Below, in pieces: positions 59,055 to 64,000 of a DNA stretch of 64,000 bases. The translations under genes were made by a program, and so were the position numbers. Positions within the stretch are counted from its first letter, which is position 1. The number at the start of each line of letters is the position of its first letter. The DNA comes from Octopus sinensis (lineage: Eukaryota), in contig NC_043025.1 in NCBI RefSeq assembly GCF_006345805.1, positions 4,836,001-4,900,000 of the forward strand, read 5' to 3'. The notes under the pieces are model-generated. The model was not told where the DNA came from, did not search any database, and was given only the letters and a program-made list of their open reading frames with translations.

Positions 59055-61545
59055 TCATCATCGTCGTTTAACGTCCGTTCTCCATGCTAGCATGGGTTGG
59101 ACGGTTCGACCGGGGTTCTGGGAAGCCAGAAGGCTGCACCAGGCTCCAGTCTAATTTGGCAATGTTTCTACAGCTGGATGCCCTTCCTAACGCCAACCAC
59201 TCCGTGAGTGTAGTGGGTGCTTTTTACGTGCCACCTCACAGGTGCCAGGCGGGGCTGGCAACGGCCACGGTAGATTGGTGTATTTTATGTGCCACCGGCA
59301 CGGAAGCCAGTCGAGGCGGTGCTGCATCGGCCACGAGTCGGATAGTGTTTTACGTACCACCAGACCAGGGATCCTGGCTGGTTCAATTCGATTTCGATTT
59401 CGCTTGCCCCAACATGTCTTCACAAGCAAAGGGGGTTGGCAAGGGTGCCTGTCGTACGGTCGCATTGGAGTATTTTACGTGCCACGGCCACGAGTCGGAT
59501 AGTGCTTTTTACGTACCACCAGACCAGGGATCCTGGCTGGTTCAATTCGATTTCGATTTCGCTTGCCCCAACATGTCTTCACAAGCAAAGGGGGTTGGCA
59601 TGGGTGCCTGTCGTACGGTCGCATTGGAGTATTTTACGTGCCACGGCCCCGAGTCGGATTGTGCTTTTTACGTACCACCAGGCCAGGGATCCTGGCTGGT
59701 TCAATTCGGTTCGATTTCGCTTGCCCCAACATGTCTTCGCAAGCATGGGGGGTTGGGATGGGTGTCTGTCGTCGGATGAGGTTCTATATCGACTTCGCTT
59801 GCCTCAAACGGTCTTTGTGTCCAAGGGAGGAAAGGCATTCATAAGTGGGCTGGGCTCACTTGTCCTGCCTGGTCTTCTCACGTACAGAATATTTCCAAAG
59901 GTCTCGGTCTCTGGTCATTTCCTCAGTGAGGCCTAAAGTTCGAAGGTCGTGCTTCACCACCTTGTCCCAGGTTTTCCTGGGTCTACCTCTTCCACGGGTT
60001 CCCTCAACTGCTAGGGATTGGCACTTTCTCACACACCTATCTTCATCCATTATCGCCACATGACCATACCAGCGCAATCGTCTCTCTTGCACACCACAAC
60101 TGATGCTTCTTAGGTAAAACATTTCTCTCAAGGTGCTAACGCTCTGTCGAGTATGTACACTGACATTACACATCCATCGGAGCATACTGGCTTCATTCCT
60201 CACGAGCTTACGCATGTCCTCAGCAGTCACAGCCCATGTTTCGCTGCCATGTAGCATGGCTGTTCGTACACACGCATCATACAGTCTGCTTTTTACTCTG
60301 AGCGAGAGGCCTTTAGTCACCAGCAGAGGTAAGAGCTCCCTAAACTTTGCCCAGGCTATTCTTATTCTAGCAGTTACACTTTCAGCGCACCCACCCCCAC
60401 TACTGACTTGGTCACCTAGATAACGGAAGCTATCAACTACTTCTAGTTTTTCCCCCTGGAAAGTGACGGAAGTTGTTTCTGCAGATTTTCGGAGGTTAAT
60501 GCTCCCGAGCATCTGCCACATACAAAAACTATCTTCCCAGTTAGCCTACCTTTGACATTGCTGCACCTCTTATGTGTCCATAGCTTACACTGGGTACATC
60601 TTATAGAGTTTCTACCTACACCTTTTCTACAGATCGAGCAGGGCCATCTTCCTGAAGATATTGTGGATTGTCTACCTTTCTACTTATTAGTACTTTGGTT
60701 TAGCTAGGTTGACTCTAAGGCCCCTTGATTCTAAACCCTCCTTCCACACCTGGAACTTCTCCTCCAGTTCTGATTGGACTCAGCAATAAGAGCAAGGTCG
60801 TCAGCGTAGAGGAGCTCCCAGGGACAGCCTGTCTTGAATTCCTCCGTAATTGCCTGGAGTACTATGATAAATAGGAGGGGGCTGAGTACTGAACCCTGGT
60901 GGACCCCAACCTCTACTTTGAATTCTTCTGTGTACATGTTGCCACCCTAACCTTACTTACGGCATCTCTGTACATGGCTTGCACAGTCCTCACCAGCCAT
61001 TCATCTATCCCTAGTTTCCTCATTGACCACCAGATAAGGGATCGGGGGACCCTATCAAAAGCTTTCTCCATGTCAACGAAAGCCAGGTACAGGGGCTTAT
61101 CTTTGGCTAGGTATTTCTCCTGCAGCTGCCTTACCAGGAATATAGCATCAGTGGTACTTTTTCTGGCACGAACCCAAACTGCATCTCATCTAAACTAACT
61201 CTCTCTCTAATTAGTTGGGCTATGACCCTCTCCGTAACCTTCATTACTTGATCCAACAGCTTGATACCTCTGTAATTATTTGTATCTAGGGCATCACCTT
61301 TACCTTTGTAGCAGTTGACTAGTATGCTGCTGCACCAGTCATTGGGTATGACTCCTTCGTGTATCACCTGGTTGACTATACGGGTGACTAGGTTATAGCC
61401 GACACTGCCAGATATTTTGAGCATCTCTGCAGTAATTCCTGATGGGCCTGGGGCTTTCCCTGTCTTCATGCTTCTAATTGCCTTAGCTACCACGGAACTA
61501 TCAACTCGGATAGCTGGTCCCTCTGTAGGGTCAACATTCGGCAGA
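59055..61545 (-). mobile_element. 5'-truncated RTE-clade LINE (~2.5 kb): RT, PHD finger, C-terminal domain, long 3' UTR, (GAT)n tail
   Basis: GKAPGPSGITAEML, NYRGIKLL, GVHQGSVLSPLLF, LYADDLAL, FRYLG, HGSETW, RLRWYGHV, RGRGRPRKTW; several frameshifts. Confidence 0.95.
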
Positions 61546-61699
61546 CTCATATATAAAAATACAAAATGGGACAAGAATGCAAAACATTCAAATAGACGAC
61601 ACACAAAAAAACAGACGGGGTCATTTGAAGCCTCTAATCTTCAGTCAAGAACCGGATCATCCTCACAATTTTGGTTGATTAATCTTATATATATATATA

Positions 61700-62077
61700 T
61701 ACACACACATACTCTTTTACTCTTTACTCTTTTACTTGTTTCAGTCATTTGACTGCGGCCATGCTGGAGCACCACCTTTTAGTACTTATTCTATCGGTCT
61801 CTTTTTGCCGAACCGCTAAGTGACGGGGACCTAAACACACCAGCATCGGTTGTCAAGCAATGCTAGGGGGACAAACACAGACACACAAACACACGCATAC
61901 ATATATATATACGACAGGCTTCTTTCAGTTTCCATCTACCAAATCCACTCACAAGGCATTGGTTGGCCCGAGGCTATAGCAGAAGACACTTGCCCAAGAT
62001 GCCACGCAGTGAGACTGAACCCGCAACCGTGTGGTTGGTTAGCAAGCTACTTACCACACAGCCACTCCTGCGCCTAT
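61700..62077 (-). mobile_element. Family A SINE with a small internal deletion
   Basis: Head to tail motifs. Confidence 0.85.
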
Positions 62078-62360
62078 ATACATATATACATCCTTTCAGT
62101 TTCTATCTATCATATCCACTCAGAGGTTCCTTGGTAGGGCTATAGTAGAAAACAATTGCTTGATGTTCCATGCAGTGGGACTGAACCTAGAACCATGAGG
62201 ATGGGAAACAGATGTATACATGATTTAAAATTTAAAAAAAAACAAAAAAAAACAGTTTCATAGCAAAATTAGTTGCAAAGGAAAATATTGCATGAAATAT
62301 TTGCTGGGCAAACGTTGACATATTAACAACATTAACATCATCATCATCATCATCATCATC

Positions 62361-62667
62361 ATCGTTTAACGTCCGTTCTCTATGCTAGCATGGGTTGGAT
62401 GGTTCGACCGGGGATCTGGGAAGCCAGAAGGCTGCACCAGGCTCCAGTCTTATCTGGCAATGTTTCTACAGCTGGATGCCCTTCCTAACACCAACCACTC
62501 CTGGCGAACCCTGCTGTACTCACTCCGTGAGTGGTTGGCATTAGGAAGGGCATCCAGCTGTAGAAACATTGCCAGATAAGACTGGAGCCTGGTGCAGCCT
62601 CCTGGCTTCCCGGACCCCGGTCGAACCGTCCAACCCATGCTAGCATGGAGAACGGCCGTTAAACGAT
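62361..62667. repeat. Palindrome made of two inverted RTE 3'-end fragments (~140-bp arms, ~28-nt spacer)
   Basis: Arms 62361-62500 and 62529-62667, each with an outward (GAT)n tail. Confidence 0.92.
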
Positions 62668-62974
62668 AATGATGATGATGTTAATGTTGTTAATATGTCA
62701 ACATCTGCTGGGCAAATGGCTTCCTTTATTGTACATAGCTTCTTTTTGTCTGTCACAAACTATTCCTGTGTGTTATGTTATGTTAGTATTTTCACTGAGT
62801 CTTGACAGAAACATATCAACAGTATATTTTATCACCTCTTTGCTGAACACATATGTATGTGTATGCACGTATGCAGACATGTTGAAAGGTCTCAAGCTGA
62901 ATAGAAACCATTTGTAGCAGTTGATCAGAAATGTGGTCTATGTAGCAGGGAATTTTTTTAGCCAATCTACATGG

Positions 62975-63625
62975 ACGTAGGAGTGGCTGTGTGGTCAGTA
63001 GCTTGCTTACGAACCACACGGTTCTGGGTTCAGTCCCACTGCATGGCATCTTTTGGCAAATGTCTTCTACTATAGCCTCTGGCCGACCAAAGCCTTGTGA
63101 GTGGATTTAGTAGACGGAAACTGATAGAAGCCTGTCGTATATATGTATATATATATGTGTGTGTGTGTGTATGTATATATATATGTGTTTGTGTGTGTGT
63201 ATATGTGTGTGTGTGTATATGTGTGTGTCTATATGTGTGTGTGTCTGTGTGTGTATATGTGTGGTGTGTGTGTGTCTGTGTGTATATATATATATATAAT
63301 ATATATATATATATATGTGGTGTGTGTGTGTGCATGTGTGTTTGTGTGTCTGTGTTTGGTAGACGGAAACTGAAAGAAGCCTGTCGTATATATATGTATG
63401 TGTGTGTGTGTTTGCGTGTCTGTGTTTGTTCCCCTAGCATTGCTTGACAACCGATGCTGGTGTGTTTGTGTCCCCGCAACTTAGTAGTTCGGCAAAAGAG
63501 ACCGATAGAATAAGTACTAGGCTTACAAAGAATAAGTCCTGGGCTCGATTTACTCAACTAAAGGCAGTGCTCCAGTATGGCCGCAGTCAAATGACTGAAA
63601 CAAGTAAGAAAGAGTAAAAAGAGAA
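62975..63625 (+). mobile_element. Family A SINE with an expanded internal (GT/AT)n and a duplicated segment
   Basis: Head ~62975, repeated ggtagacggaaactgaaagaagcc at ~63357, tail ~63620. Confidence 0.85.
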
Positions 63626-64000
63626 AAGAGGACGTCAGACCTGGTAGAAATAGCAGTCAAATCTCTCGTTTATGTATGCAAACATGCTACAATTTGTAGC
63701 AATTGGTCAGAAATTTGGTCTATGTAGCAGGGAATTTTTCAACCAATCTACATGGAAGTTAGACCTGCTAGAAATAACTGCCAAACATTTCCCTATTGTT
63801 TTGTGTATGTAGATATGTATGAGCAGATGAGGGAGCTTTCTACATGGTAGCTAGATCTGGAAAATATAACAGCCAAATCTTCCTCAAATCAAAACTACTT
63901 ACCCATACCTGCCAATGTGAATAAGGAATTTATATGTTTGTCCAATCTAACATTCTGAGTTCAAATTCTGCCAAGGTCGACTTTGCCTTTCATCCTTTCG

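Noticed and set aside
58789-59936. Plus-strand ORFs up to 231 aa with repeated Cys/His-rich units
   Set aside because: Antisense reading of tandem repeats in the RTE 3' UTR; no independent coding evidence

Overview
Eukaryotic, AT-rich, extremely repeat-dense DNA. The SINE/LINE/MITE families look like those of an octopod cephalopod (Octopus sp.); this is inferred from repeat recognition, not from a search. There is a 100-N scaffold gap at 31588-31687. The only supportable host gene is an intronless alpha-kinase (eEF2K/MHCK/VwkA-type) at the left edge (1-770, +), with an apparent -1 frameshift in a G5 run and a ~40-aa insert. The largest element is a complete, very young CsRn1-clade Ty3/gypsy LTR retrotransposon (19324-25318, -). 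It has near-identical LTRs, a 4-bp ATTA TSD, a tRNA-Trp PBS, a CHCC Gag knuckle and a G_GGA_AAC slippery site followed by a predicted H-type pseudoknot. The rest is several tRNA-derived SINE families (many as tandem multimers or inverted pairs), RTE and CR1-type LINE fragments (one RTE carries a PHD finger inside ORF2), Penelope-like remnants with minimal hammerhead-ribozyme motifs, non-autonomous Helitrons, MITEs, a tRNA-Ser(GCT)/SINE-tail chimera, TE-derived minisatellites and long microsatellites. Most ORF-track entries are microsatellite or SINE artefacts. SINE family letters A-E are working labels. Boundaries of dispersed repeats are approximate (about +/-10-20 bp).
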